From Chiloscyllium plagiosum (Eukaryota): DNA of 64,000 bases. Each line of letters opens with the position of its first letter. The stretch's first letter is position 1. The notes under the pieces are model-generated. The model searched no databases, was not told where the DNA came from, and saw nothing but the letters and a program-made list of their open reading frames with translations. The stretch is from contig NC_057718.1 of assembly GCF_004010195.1 (NCBI RefSeq), forward strand, positions 52,346,254 through 52,410,253, in the 5' to 3' direction. Below are positions 37,230 to 50,800 of this stretch, one piece after another. The position numbers and the translations under genes are program-made.

Positions 37230-38059
37230 TTTCTGTAAGGCATCCTTTACAAAATCAAACACAGAATAAGACCTTGTTCAGTCACCATTACACAAACATT
37301 CTTGGTCTTAATGTGACTACAAGAAGATAATTACTCTTCTCCAGTTGGCCAATGGGCCCTGTAGAAATGATCTGACTGATGAGAATATAGCCCAAGAGAG
37401 TGAATCCTGTTTCCCTGAGCAGACTGCACACTGCCCTCAAAGCGGCTGTGGGGAGGGGTTGAGACTGTCACAGGTCTCTTCTGGACTTGCCTTTGCAAAG
37501 GAAGTCTGGAGGAAGATGCAGTGGTTTGTGTCGAGGTTCGTCCCAAGCAGCTCTGTGACACAGGACTCTGTGCTCTACAGTCTGTTCCCTTGGACACACA
37601 CTGAGACAACATCAACTGTGCTTGGGGGACCATCAATCCTGTGAAAGATGCTCTTTGGTCTGCCTGAAACTTGTTCATCGACCAGAATAAGAAGTTGACC
37701 TTGACTGCATGTTGTAGATTGGCACATTCCAAGGTCCAGGATCACAAGTTGAGGGACACAATAATGCTAGGGGCAGCTGTTGCCAAAGCGCAGTGGGAAA
37801 AGACCATTTTCTGAGGTCTTGCTGCTGAAGCTAAATGGGGGTGCATTCAGTTATCGGACTCTCCCAGTGTCTCAAATATATGTAAATATTAGTATTATAT
37901 GTTTAAGACAGGGTTTTGGTTTTTTGGATAAAGTCAAAGTCCAATGTTTTGTTTGTTTTAATGATATGCAACTGTACAGAACCTAACTGCATTTGTGACT
38001 ATGTATATACATAAAGAGATTATATATGAAGAAAGAATATTTTTGAAATTAAAAAAAAA
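37230..38059 (+). mobile_element. L1/Tx1-type LINE 3' end (C-terminal Zn-binding region, 3' UTR, poly-A)
   Basis: CPQSGCGE...FAKEVWRKMQWFVSRFVPSSSVTQDSVLYSLFP...KDALWSA*N; ends in an A-run near 38051-38059. Confidence 0.75.
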
Positions 38060-40678
38060 TGAGAATATGGCCCATTGAATTATAGCTGCTTTCTAATAGT
38101 ACTAGATTTTTCATACTACTCTCTCCCTCTGCTTTTGTGCAGCCGAATCCACAGATCCGTTTCTTGTTCTGCCATGAAATACAATCACCCTTTTGCCACA
38201 TTACTTACTCTCAACTCCCACATTATCAGAGACCTTTCTGTACATATTTCTTTCCACTGTACCACTTTGTCCTGGCTCTGTATTTCCCTAAAAGTTGCTT
38301 ATTTCAAACATTTACAACTCTATTTAAAGTATCAAAAGGTTATCCTGGTTACTCTGTGTGTGGATTTTTCTGGATATATTGTGTGCTTCAGTAATCTCTG
38401 CATTGATTTCATATGTCCGGTGTTCATAGATTTATATATTTTCTTAGCATCTACTTAATAAGTGGTTAACATCTAAGAGATCTGGGATCTTGAAAAAGAT
38501 GCAATCGATCCAATTTACCATGGACTACTAAGATGAATGAACTGCACAGGGACATCTAGTAATAATGAGAAGAATCCAGATAAATTTAGATTTCCTTTCA
38601 AAATGCATTTCATTTTGAAATTATGGTATGTATACACCTGGCTTCCATCGAGAGCAAAGAAGTAATTTTAGGCATCAGTCATAAAACAAAATTATATGAA
38701 ATGGATAGAATAATCATATTAAATATTTAATGAAAATTAAAGAGAGGCTAAGGTCCAGATTTCTACCCATGTTAGTTAAGTACTTTGACGCAGCAAAAAT
38801 GTTACAAGTGTTCAGAAACTTTAAACGGCACACAACAGCTCCCATTTTTGGAGGGAGTGGACAGAGTTTTACATATTCACAGTTAGCAGATCCAACTGGT
38901 TGTTTATATCACCAGCTACCTTCAGTCAAATCTGATTTTAGCATCTCTTTCGTGTAGAATTTGCAGATTAGACCAATACAGAGTAAGGGGAGAAGGGAGA
39001 TTGGGTACCACTTGGATTAAGATAAGTTGCTTTTTAGAGACATGAGGTACCATTTGGGAGCGTTCAGATGGTTTTATGAATGTGCCTGAACAAAGCTCAC
39101 CGGACTTATCAACATGCTTAAATCAGCAGCCAAACGTGTCAGAAAGATATATCAATGGGACTTGGCTAAAGTCTGAAAGGGATTTACCTCAGGAGACCAT
39201 CGAAAGAAAGTATCAAAACGTTATGCATTTTAAATCTTTAAAACAAATGTCTGGACTATTGGAAAATGATTGCTAGCTATTTCACTCTGTGCTGACTTAG
39301 GTTTGAGAAGTTCCATCACTGGATTACTGCTGTGTGACTGATTTCACATTTTGTGAATATGAAAGTTTGGAGCCTTGCATTTCACAGTTCTACTGACAGC
39401 TATTCTTGGTTTTGGACATTATTGAAGGAATACAAATTAAGTAACATGTTTTTAAACATAGAGACTGATTTTGTCACTATAGAGAAGTCTACAATTCACA
39501 CTTGCAATGTTACTCAGTGTAACTTTATCTTATTTCTGCACATATCTGGATTTCTGTCCCTGGCAGAGACAGGGTGAATTGGCATGGTTCACATTAGTGA
39601 AAAGAGTGCTGGGTGGCTGTCATTCATTGGCAGGTGTTAGCATGGAGGTGGCTTGAATGTTATAGAAGACAATGGGGTATGGAGAAGGGCACAGTCTGGT
39701 GACAATAAGCATGGGCACTGAGTGTGGGTAGAGGGCTTGTTATGGTATGAGTTTGCCATGTAGGTATATGGGGACAGTGAGAGGGGTGAGGGATGACCGG
39801 CGAGGGCTGGAGGGATTGTTCATTTCCTAATTTTCAAGTTTAAATGTTGGACACAGAGCCATATCCTCAAGGAGGTCCTTCCATTCTGCCTGCATCTGCA
39901 CTTGGCAGCATTTTTGTGGTTGCCCACTTTGACATCTAGGCCGACACTATACCATCCCCACACCCCCGCAGCTGCCATGTTTGAAGGCTGTGTTTGCAGA
40001 ACCAGGAATTCTCTTGATTCTGCACACAACCTGGGAGCAGAAAGCTAAGCCCAAATATTTTAATTGCAAGATTCCTTTCTAAAAATAAACCTCATTTGAC
40101 AGTTCTGGTTATACTTTTAGAAGATCAAAATTTTAAACACGTTTTGATTATTTTTAATTGTATTATATTTTATCCTAGTTTATCTCTTTAAAACAGATAT
40201 TGTGTAGATTGAAGAGATGTTTATGCTACATTAACACCAGATTGTCTGACTTGAAGCAAGTGATACAGGCTGTTCCCTAGTGAACTAGCAATGAGAGCAA
40301 ACCATTAGCTATAAATATCATCTCAAAAAAAAACAAAATATACTGCAATCATCTTTATTTCATGTTGCTAGTGCAATGCTATTTTGCTTTTGCATTCTCT
40401 CCTCCGTCCATCAGTGACGAACAGCCCATGAAAACAACTGTCCTATTGAGGCACACCTCATTAGACATCTGGAATTTCTGGTTAGCAAACAGACCCTTCC
40501 CTGGCTGAAGATAAAGAGCTGGCAACCAGCATCACCCAGTACAAAAATAATAGAAAATCATTTATCCTTCAATGCTGCCTGGCAGCTGTGGCAGATTTTA
40601 TTTTGTATATTTCCTACATAAAAACTTCACATCTTGGAGACACCCTTTTACTTTCCTGATTATTTTGGCAGTACTCAC

Positions 40679-40860
40679 CTCTCCTATCTGTTCAGTTAAC
40701 TACGAGAGCCTCGAGCATTCTAAATGGTGATCTTAGCTGTGAAGTTAACCTGCCTTGATTCAACTAACTCCAGGAAGTTCATTCTTAATTGACCGGCAAC
40801 TTGAAACTCCCCCTTCAAATCTCATTTCCACACATCCAGCTTCCACACCTGGACTTTATT
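40679..40860 (-). other. Candidate non-coding exon (possible longer form to 41017)
   Basis: Consensus donor AG|GTGAGT (40673-40680); acceptor tttgttcttttgtcctcatctctccttcag; second acceptor t-run+ag at 41018; stops in all three frames; locally retained CpGs. Confidence 0.35.
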
Positions 40861-41128
40861 CTGAAGGAGAGATGAGGACAAAAGAACAAACATCCAGCCC
40901 CTTGTATTTGCTTAAGGAAGTATTCCTTCTCCGAGATGGTTTCTGGGAGAGCTTCTCCGGCCTCTGCATTCTACGACTTTGCTAACATTGCAGTTAGAAC
41001 AAATTCCGCCATAATTTCTAAAAAAAAAAGTTATAAATAAATCTGCCCTTATAAATTTGTTATAAGTAAAAAAAGGTCCTTCAAACTGAAGCAATGTTTT
41101 AGTTAGAATGTTTTCTTTTTACTCTTAA

Positions 41129-41720
41129 TCGCAGAGTCGTGGAGTTATACAGCACAGACAACCAGTCCATGCCAAACATAATCCCAAACTAAACTAGACT
41201 TACCTGCCTGCTCCTGGCCTGTAACCCTCCAAACCTGTCCTATTCATGTATCTATCTAAATGTCTTTTAAACTTTGTAACTGTACCCACATCCACCACTT
41301 CCTCAGGAAGTTCATTCTATACTCCTGTCTTTTTAAAATCTCCTCTCTCCTTAAATCTGTACCCCCTAGTCTTGAAATTCCCCATCTTAGGGAAAAGACA
41401 ACAACCATCAACTCTATTTATATCTCTCATTATTTTATAAACTTCTATCAGGTCCCTCTCAATTTCCTATGCTCCAATGAAATAAGTCCCAGCCTATCCG
41501 GCCTTTCTTTATAACTCAAACCTTCCATACCCAGCAAGATCCTGGTAAATCTCTTCTGAACTCTGTCCAGCATGATAATATCCTTCCTATAACTGGGTGA
41601 CCAGAACGGAACACAGTATTCCAAAAGAGGCCCCGCCAATGTCCTATACAACCCTAACATAACGTCCCAATTCCTATACTCATAGGATTGAGCAATGAAG
41701 GCAAGCGTGCCAAATGTCTT
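41129..41720 (-). mobile_element. CR1 LINE 3' fragment
   Basis: MLGLYRTLAGPLLEYCVPFWSPSYRKDIIMLDRVQKRFTRIL (41448-41660). Confidence 0.9.
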
Positions 41721-42524
41721 AAATTAAACTGAAACCGCTATTATTTTATAAAGACACATTTCAAACAAAGTTGACAATTATTTCAGTACCAAAATTCAAA
41801 AATTAACTCTAATGACCTGTTTATAATTTTCAATCCTCAAAAATTGTGCTGACAGCAAAATTAAGTTTCTTAAATTTCTCAACTGGCACACTGTTAAACT
41901 TAATTAACTCATTAATTGGTTGATTAAAACTATAGATACACATAGAACATGAAAATGTAAATCTAACAAGTTAATGCTATTTCAATCAGAAAAAAAAGAC
42001 TGATTGGTTCAAATTTAGATAAGCTATTGCACACTATACTCATGCATTTCTTCCAGTTGAATTAATGTTACTATTTTACCACCTTGTCTAATATTCCTGC
42101 AACTGACAACTAATTATTCACTGAGAAAAAATGCATAGTACAAACTTAAAGCAACTAAAAAAACCTCTTTCATAGAAATCAGTGAATATAAAATGATTGG
42201 AATTATTATCATGCCTTCAGGTGGCAACAATCTTTCAGCAACAACAACAACAAAGTCACATCTTCCTGGGACACATGATACATCGATGAGGACGTCATAT
42301 CCATTATTTCTCACCCTAGTGAACGTTCTGTCCAAATATGCCAGGTAGATGCCAGATACTATCATATTAAGAAAGATGAAAAACCAGAGGTCAGCCTAAA
42401 CTTTTCTTCTACAATTTCTATTTGTTGGATGTAAAAGGATCATTACAGGATATACCAATTGAAGACATTTTAGGACATATCCTTCTGAGAAAAGAAGCCA
42501 CTGAAATTACAAAATACTTCACAC

Positions 42525-44975
42525 TTTTTTATTCATTCATGGGAAATGGGTTTCACCCACATTTATTGCTTATCCCTAGTTGTCCTTGAGATGGTAGTAA
42601 TAAGCTGCCTTTTTGAACCGCTGAAGTAATGTGTCATAGGTAGTTACACAATGCTGTCAAGGAGGTAACTCCAGGGTTACGACCCAGCGGCAGTAAAGGA
42701 ATGGTGTTATCTTTCAAGTCAGGATGGTGAGGGGCTTGGAGGAGAATTTGCAGGTAGTGGTGTTCCCAGGTATCTGCTGCCCTTGCTCTTGTGGGATTGG
42801 AAGATGCTGTCCATGGATCTTTGGTGAATTGCTGCAGTGCATCTTGTAGATAGTACACACTGGTGGAGTGATGGAATGTAGGCTTAGTGCCAATTAAATT
42901 AGTTGCTTTGTCCTAGACGGTATTAAGCTTCTTAAGTGTTGGAGCTGCACACATTCAGGCAAGTGGAAAGTATTTCAAGACACTCCTGACTTGTGGCTTG
43001 TAGATGGTGGACAGACTTTGGAGAGCAGTGTTCTTAGCCTCTGACATGCTCTTGTAGCTACTATATTGTTATGATCAGCCTAGTTAAGTTTCTAACCAAT
43101 GGTAACTTCCAGAATGTTGGGATTCAGTGATGATAAGCTGAAAATGTGTTGCTGGAAAAGCGCAGCAGGTCAGGCAGCATCCAAGAAGCAGGAGAATCGA
43201 CGTTTTGGGCATGAGCCCTTCTTCAGGAGCCCTTCCTTCTTCTATTCAGTAATGATAATACCATTGAATGTCAGGACAGTGGTAAGATTGTCATTTAATT
43301 GAGATAGTCATTGCCTGGCATTTGTATGGCACAAAGAGTACTTGCTACGTTTCAGCCCAAGCCTGGATATTTTCCAGATCTTGTTGAATTTTGACACAAC
43401 TGCTTCAGTATCTGAGGAGTCGCAAATGGTGTTGAACATTGTGCAATCATCGGCGAATATCCCACTTCTGACCTTATGATGGAGGGAAGGCCCATGAAGG
43501 GAAGAAGATTGAAGAAGCAGCTGAAGATGATTGGGCCTGGGATATTATCCTGAGGAACTCGTGTGGAGATGTGCTGGAGCCTTGCTAACTGATCAACTAT
43601 GAACGTCTCTATTTGTACCAGGTATGATTCCTAGCAGCAGAGTACTTTTTTCACCTAACTGCTATTGAGTCTAGTTTTGCTAGGGCTCCTTGATGCCATA
43701 CTCAGCCAAATGCAGCCTTGATTTCAAGGACTGTCAGTCTAACCTGCTCCCTGGAATACAGCTCTTTTATCCATGTTTGAACTAAATCCATAATAAGGTC
43801 AGGAACTGAGTGGCCCTATCAGAACACATACTGGACATAATCAGCAGGTTCCTGCTTGATCGCACTGTGAATGACACCTTCCATTACTTTACTGATGATC
43901 GAGAATAGACTGGGATGCAGGTAATTGGCCAGGTTGGGTTTGTCTCATTTTCTTTTGTATTTAGGACATACCTGGGCAATTTTCCACATTGTCAGGTAGA
44001 TGCCGGTATAGTACTGGAACAGCTTGGCAAGGGGACCGTCAAGTTCTGGAACACAAGTCTTCAGTACTATTGCTGGAATATTCTCAGGGCCCAAAGCTTT
44101 TGCAGTATCCAGTACTTCCAATTGTTTATTGATGTCATATGGAGTGAATCAAAGTGGCTGAACACTGATATCTGTGATAGAGGAGGCTGAGATAGATCAA
44201 CAACTCAGCACTTCTCGCTAAAGATTGTTGTAAGTGTTTCAGCCATTTTATTCCCCAATGACGTGCTGGGTGGTCCCATTATGGAGGATGCGGATATTTG
44301 TGGAGGCTCCTCCTCCAATGAGTTGTTTAATTATCACCACCATTCACATGACTGCAGAACTTCAATCTGATCCAGTGATTGTGGGCTCGCTTAGCTCTGG
44401 ATATCACTTGCTGCTTATGCTGTTTGGCATGCAAGTAGTTTGGTTTGGTAGCTTTGCCAGGTTTTTCAATATTTTTAGGTATGCCTGGTGTTGCTCAGGC
44501 AGATCCTCCTGTACTCCTCACTGAACCAGGATTAATCCCCTGGCTTGATGTTACTGGTTAAATGGAGGAAATGCCAAGCTGCGAGGCTGCAGATTGTGTT
44601 GGAATATGCCTAATGGATGCCCAGTCTTGAGTTTCGAGATCTGTTCAAAGTCTGTCCTATTTAAGACAATGATAGTGCCACATAACGCCATGTAAGGTTT
44701 CTCAAAGTAAAAGGAGGAATTTGCCTCCAGAAGTATGATGCAGTGGTCACTCTTACTGACACTGTCATGGACAAATGCCAGATTGGTGGGGATCTGATCA
44801 AGTACATTGATCAAGTTCCATCACCACGTGCTACAGACCCTGTCTAACAGCTCTGTTCTTTGTGACCCGACCTGGTAGATCAATAATGTTGCTGCCACGC
44901 CCCTCATAGATGTTGAAATCCCCCATCCAGAGTACATTCCGTGCCCTTGCTACCCTCAGCGCTTCCTCCAAGTAC
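42525..44975 (-). mobile_element. Second non-LTR LINE family, long decayed copy (APE endonuclease, RT, 3' UTR)
   Basis: Endonuclease motifs NVLWMGDFNI (near 44920) and SKSDHC (near 44750); RT LPSIIRSEVG.FADDCTMF (about 43435-43490); 3' UTR ends atgaatgaataaaaaa; clade not determined. Confidence 0.85.
43137..43243 (-). mobile_element. Short Penelope-derived hammerhead element
   Basis: 15-bp TSD ATTCAGT(G/A)ATGATAA (43122-43136 / 43244-43258); minus strand CTGAAGA-A-GGGC-TCAT-GCCC-AAAAC-GTC-GATTC. Confidence 0.85.
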
Positions 44976-45379
44976 TTTGAATAACGCTTGGACCTTGCAG
45001 CTGTGAAAATCATCTATCCATTTCCCACCAGAAATAGCACTGCAATGAATATTTCCTCTAGTTTAAGATCACCAAACAAATTTAATGTATACCATCCCTT
45101 AACTGTACTGGAACAAAAATTAAAACATCAAATGAAACTTATCAAATTTAAACTGAATTACCACTTTGTGGCGTGGGGATGCACTGCAGCCCTCGTTGTG
45201 CCCCCACCTAGCATGGAAGGCATGAAGTGTACCGGTGGATATCACATATTCCTCTCCGGAAGTGAAAACTCTGAACTGACAGATGTCAGTGACCTACTAA
45301 ACTAGATTTCTACACCAAACAGCAAACCAATGAACAACGAGAGGCAACTGTCTTAAAACATACAACAGTCTTTGAGAAC

Positions 45380-45670
45380 TTGAAAGGGTAGGCGGCAGAG
45401 TCAGTGACCAAATGACATTAACTCAGGATAAGGGCTCACCCATATGTTCTTCTCTAAGCCAACAGTGAATCTGTGGAATACTTTACCACAGGCTGTACAG
45501 TCTGGGTCATTAAGTATATTCAAGGCTGAGGTAGACAGATTTCTCATGAATCTGGATATCAGGTTAAAAGGCAGCAATAGGAGTTGAGGACATCCAGATC
45601 AGTCATTTAATGGTACAGCAGACTTGATGGGCCAAATGGTGTCCTTCTGCTCCTACATCTTACAACCTTA
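45380..45670 (+). mobile_element. Old CR1 3' fragment
   Basis: gtgaatctgtggaatactttaccacag..attcaaggctgaggtagacagatt..gatgggccaaatggtgtccttctgctcct. Confidence 0.7.
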
Positions 45671-46425
45671 TAATCTGACCCCCTTCTGTCTTCCATACCA
45701 TGGAATTCTAAAACAGCCATCATAGCAAGTAAGTACCTTTACCATGCAAAGATATTAAAAAAAACTAGTCTTCTACATTGAAAGAAAACTGGAATATTAT
45801 TTTCTACAATTGAGGAAACAACATTAGAGGGCGAGATTTCTCAATGCCAGCTGTGGAAAATGAACAAGTAGCCTTATCTTATATCACACGCAATTTTCTT
45901 TATAAATCATGTTAATTGAAAACTAAACTGGGCATAATGTCAAATAGGCTGCTGACTCACTATTACTCACTTTGTGCTATCAGTCTTACCAAATGTTACT
46001 GCCTTAATGTCTTTTTCATGTATTCTCACGGTTCATTCAGAAATGACATGTCACTGTTGCAATATTTAAAACATTCCTCACAAAGTTTTAGTAAATCGTG
46101 TGTCATTCTCCATGCAACAAATTATTCATCAAATTAAACATGATATTATCCATGTGTCGGGGGTCAAATTTCATGTAAAAGATGATCTGACAATTCGACT
46201 TACAAGCTGCAATTTTATGGTCCAGTCAGGAACGGATTGGCGAGGGGGGAAGTGGGGGGCTGGAGGTCACGTAAAGTTGGGCATCATGACAATGATGTTG
46301 TACCCCCATCACCTTCAGAACCCAGCTCACTCACACTCACTAAAGCACTGGCATTGGCAGTCTGCTCATCACTTGACCAACTGATGCCCTTAAATGGCCT
46401 TTTGGTTGGGTACCCAATCCATTAG

Positions 46426-46745
46426 ATGACTCCTCCTCTACCATCAACCCTTCCATCTCCACCCCTAGATCACAGTTACCCTCACCTATCCTTTCCCTCC
46501 ATCACATTTTTCTCTACATTCCCCTCACCTACCCCTTCCCTCCACCCCTACAACACATTTCCCCTCACCTATCCCTTCCCTCCATCACATTTACACAGTT
46601 CCCTACCCCTTTCCTCCACCCCACAACATAGTTCCCCTCACCTACCCCTTCCCTCCACCCCTACAACACAGTTTCCCCTCATCTACCCCTTCCCTCCATC
46701 ACATTTCCTCTTTCCTGCCCTATTCCTGTTGATCCTGGTCCCACA
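46426..46745. repeat. C/T-rich imperfect tandem repeat (ttcccctcacctaccccttccctccaccc-type units)
   Basis: Several near-identical units between about 46470 and 46710. Confidence 0.8.
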
Positions 46746-47019
46746 CCCATCCATGTAAAATGCAACCCATCTATGCAAAAGACCTTTCCTCTATCATATA
46801 ATTTCATTTGCTTTACTCACTAATTAATTTAAACTTTCGATTTAAACAAGTACCTTTTGTATGTGAACAATGGAGGTTGAGTTTTACACTTAAAGTGAGA
46901 ACATAACTTACTGTATCACAGTTTTTATATCATTCCAATTGCCATGTATGCATTTAACTACCCACCTAAGTTTTTTTTTCACTGGAGCTTTACTTCTGAG
47001 AACTCCTTTTGATTACTTT

Positions 47020-47600
47020 GCCTAAGTTTCAGAACATTTCAATCTTAAAATATGCCTGTAGAAGGAAGTTCATGTACCAATCTCCCTTGGTCACCAACCC
47101 CAACACCCACAGTCACAATCAACAGCAATCATCTCAGCTCAGAGGTTTTTCTATGTTTGAGTATTCTCTCCAACAAAGACACATCAGGTGATGGAATTGA
47201 CTGCCCCTTGGCAAAAGCAAGTTCAGCATTCATCAATCTCACCTTCAGGCTTTGGAGAAACAAAGGTGTAAAATATATCATGTAGTCATTCTGATGGCTA
47301 TGAACTTCCTAAAGTCACAAAAACAAAACTGGATGCAATTTATTGTTGTTGCTTGAGATTCATTTGCAACATCAATTGACAGGACATACCTAGTGCCGTA
47401 AAGCATGCTCATCAGAGTTCAACTTTGATGAAAATCATAAACTTCACATAGAAAACTCCCGCAAACCAAACACAGTATTCTACAGCTAGCTGGGCTTGGG
47501 AACCTGCATCATAAGATATGCTAAACTGATACACAAAGATATTCTGAAAGCTAATCTTGAGGCTGGAACTGGGATCCTACTTAAAATAAGCTCTGCATTG
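47020..47600 (+). mobile_element. Decayed RTE-type LINE fragment
   Basis: FLCLSILSNKDTSGDGIDCPLAKASSAFINLTFRLWRNKGV resembles the post-RT 'F.YLGS...DEID.RLAKAS.AF' block of RTE elements. Confidence 0.6.
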
Positions 47601-47654
47601 ATCCAAATGGAGATGGCTTTGTTTTTCAGCAATATCAACATTCGAAAAGAACAA

Positions 47655-47881
47655 AAACAGAAACTGCTGAAAAAACTTTCTCTCTATGGAGAGAAAGCAG
47701 AGTTAATGTTTCAGGTCCAGTAACCCTTATTCAGAACCAAAGACTCTTGAGAAGAACCGTTACCAGCTGCAAACCATTAACTCTGCTTTCTCTCCATAGA
47801 TGCTACCAGACTTGCTGGATTTATCCAGCAATTTCCATTTTGTCTCTGATTTCCAACATGTGCAGTTATTTGGATTTTTTT
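47655..47881. mobile_element. Inverted pair of Penelope-derived ends
   Basis: Perfect 25-bp inverted repeat 47684-47708 / 47775-47799; TSD AAAAGAACAA (47645-47654 / 47882-47891); minus strand CTGAATA-A-GGGTT-ACTG-GACCT-GAAACATT. Confidence 0.8.
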
Positions 47882-50800
47882 AAAAGAACAAGTCATGCAA
47901 GCATGATGAACCCCAATGCCTTCTTTCACCCACCCAATACTGACCATACATGATATATGTATTCATATCTGCAAATCAAGATCTAATTTAATGACACATA
48001 AGACAATATCAGTCTGGGCAAAGAGTGACTGGTATTGAACATACAGCCATTAAAGTGACAGGAAAATCCATCACTTCTGTTGCTATTTTTTTTCGCTTCT
48101 TCCAAACTCATCAGTTCCTATTGGGAGAAGGTTCCACAGTACTAACCACACTCCAACATTTCTCCCAAATTATCATAATTTATTTGTGAATCTTGACAAC
48201 AAGTTCCATCAGGTTATTGATTAAAGTAAGCCTATCTCATCCACAGCATCCATCCACATATATGTAATTCCACAATTCCATCTGGGATGATGACATCTTG
48301 ATTGAGGTGAGAAACGTACCTAAAGTTATTTTCCCTAAGCAATGGATGGTGAGACCAATGCAACAGTCCCACAGCTGCCCTTGCTAAGATCACCTCAGCT
48401 CAGCAGTGAATACTGACAGAGAATATTCTTTGGGTTCTATGGTTCAGCACTGTATTAGTTCTCCAATAGTTGGACTACAATGACTAATGTGAGTTATAAA
48501 ATTGAGGTACAAAGATTAAAATTGGCCAGGCTTGCTTACTTCCTGGATTGTGATGATCCATTTTAGACCCCTCAATACCGAGTCCTGCTTGAATAAAATC
48601 TTCTAAGCAACCAAATATTCAAAACATAAACAGTGAGCTGGTAATTCATTTCAAAATCAGAGATCAAATTACTACCAAAATTATTTATCTCATTCCTAAA
48701 TTAAACTTTTTTTAAATTGCTAATTCTTCTTGCTGTCAAGGTTCTTCTCTTCCCTTATAGCACTGAACATTACATTTTTGTCAGTAAAGTCACTCACCAG
48801 CTCTCTAATCCCAGTAAAGAATATTGATGCATGCACTTTCAAGATAAGTATGAACAGTTTCCAACTACAGGGCTATCACAATCAAAACTTATTCTCTCTT
48901 GTCATCGACACAAGTCTTCTAGCTAGGGCTAAGTACTTTCTTTTTACCTTAAAAATAATGAGGCCAAATGTAGAACTTACAGTATAATCACAACTAAGAT
49001 TATCTAACTCCTATTTACTTCTGTAAAATATGACTAAGCTATTCATTAACTAAACCTGGAAAGTGCCGGGAGAGTTTGTATCCACTGTAATTAATTTACA
49101 GTAATCATTCTCAATTAATACCGCTTCAAGTTAAATTAAAATGCTGATCTTGAAAGTGATATTTCATTTTCTTTAAGTGAATTAATATGATATACACATT
49201 TGTCCAATTTTGTTCCTATTCAGGATTTCATACATTTTGTTCCTTCAAAGACACGAAAAGCAATTACTCCAACACTCATTAAGTATAATTTTGAAATATA
49301 CAGTTCAAACTAAAGCTGTGGCATCTGCATTTAAATTGTGTTGGGTTTCAAAAGGGACGGTGTTCTGTTGCAGTGTGGCAGTAATTCAAATTTGAATATT
49401 TTGTCGAGATAATTAAATATTCTAAAAAATAAAGTTATAAACATGTCAATCTTCCAACATAGAGGGAAAATCATCTTTTAGTTTCCTAAATTGTTGTGTC
49501 CGACAAGATAAAAATTTCATGATAAATACAAACAGGCAAATACATAAATATCAATAGCCTTACCTTTGGAATCTTCTAATGCATTAGAACATCATAACCA
49601 CATATTTAATGCTCAGGCAATAAACAAACACCATTTCTTTTACCAATGATTTAAATGGTTATTAAAATTATACTTTTTAATTATTCCAAAGAAAGCAGAA
49701 CATTTAGTACCTTTTATTTTACCTATGGAATTGATGGAATGGTTCCATGAAGTAAGCATTATTGAATAAAAAAAGAGAAACATTTTAAGTTTCATGATTA
49801 TATGCAAATGCAACTAATCATAGCAAGAAAATATATATAATATGTAAACACACAGGTGTAGTATGAGCATATTATGTTGAAATGGAAGCATGAATCCCAT
49901 GTTATGAAGATAATTTTCTGTTGGGAGATCTATGTATTCAAAACACCTACAGAACCATGACTTAACTCACTCAACATAAAAAAAAGAACATTGAAAGTAA
50001 TTAGGAGTGAAATTATGTGGTTGAATTGCTTGCAAAACCATTCCTCCAGCATTCCAACAGCCTGGTGCATCGAACATACTTTCAATCAGCCATGCATCTC
50101 TGTTAATGGGTGAAGCACACCGCTGCACATATGTTGCAATATGGTGTGACAATTTATCACACTACAAGCTAAGAGCAGGCACTAGTCGTGACAATACCAC
50201 CTGATACAGAAGCAAGCATAATTCTGAACATTATGACTTCAAGCACTCCAAACTAACTATACACTCAAATAAATATTTTAACATTGCTTTAATTATATTT
50301 AACACTGACATTTTTACATTAATGATCTCACTTTCTCCTAATTGGCACAAAGACAAAAACAAAGCAAAAAGCTTGACTCAAGTGCAAAAAGAAAAAAAAT
50401 AAAGAAAGACAGATTCTCTTGAAACAGCCAAAGTGGAAGTATAAACTTTTGTAGAATTATTTCTAGAGAGAGTTTAAAGACAACTACTAATGGGGGGGAG
50501 AGAAGGAAGCACAGTGGAAAAAAGGAATGGAACCCATACCTTGGTCGCCCATCATCAGGTGCGCCAGACCTTGAAGGGAAACAAGAGCACAGTCAGCAAA
50601 GAACAAGGGCACGTGGGAAGAGGTATTGTCACAATGACAAAAATGTTTTGTGACAGACATCTGCATTGTATTAGATGTCTTTATTACAGGGAAATAAAAA
50701 AAAAGCATTTTTCAACCACAGGTTGCAATGCATTGGGACAAGATCAGAAGAATGAAGAAATGATTCTGATAGCATTGGACAATTCCAAGATTTTCCACAT

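Noticed and set aside
46426..46758. Pro/Ser-rich 110-aa ORF
   Set aside because: Product of the C/T-rich tandem repeat.
48330..48480. Faint similarity to an ancient SINE head (gctaagatcacctcagctcagc)
   Set aside because: Too degenerate to support by eye; needs an HMM search.
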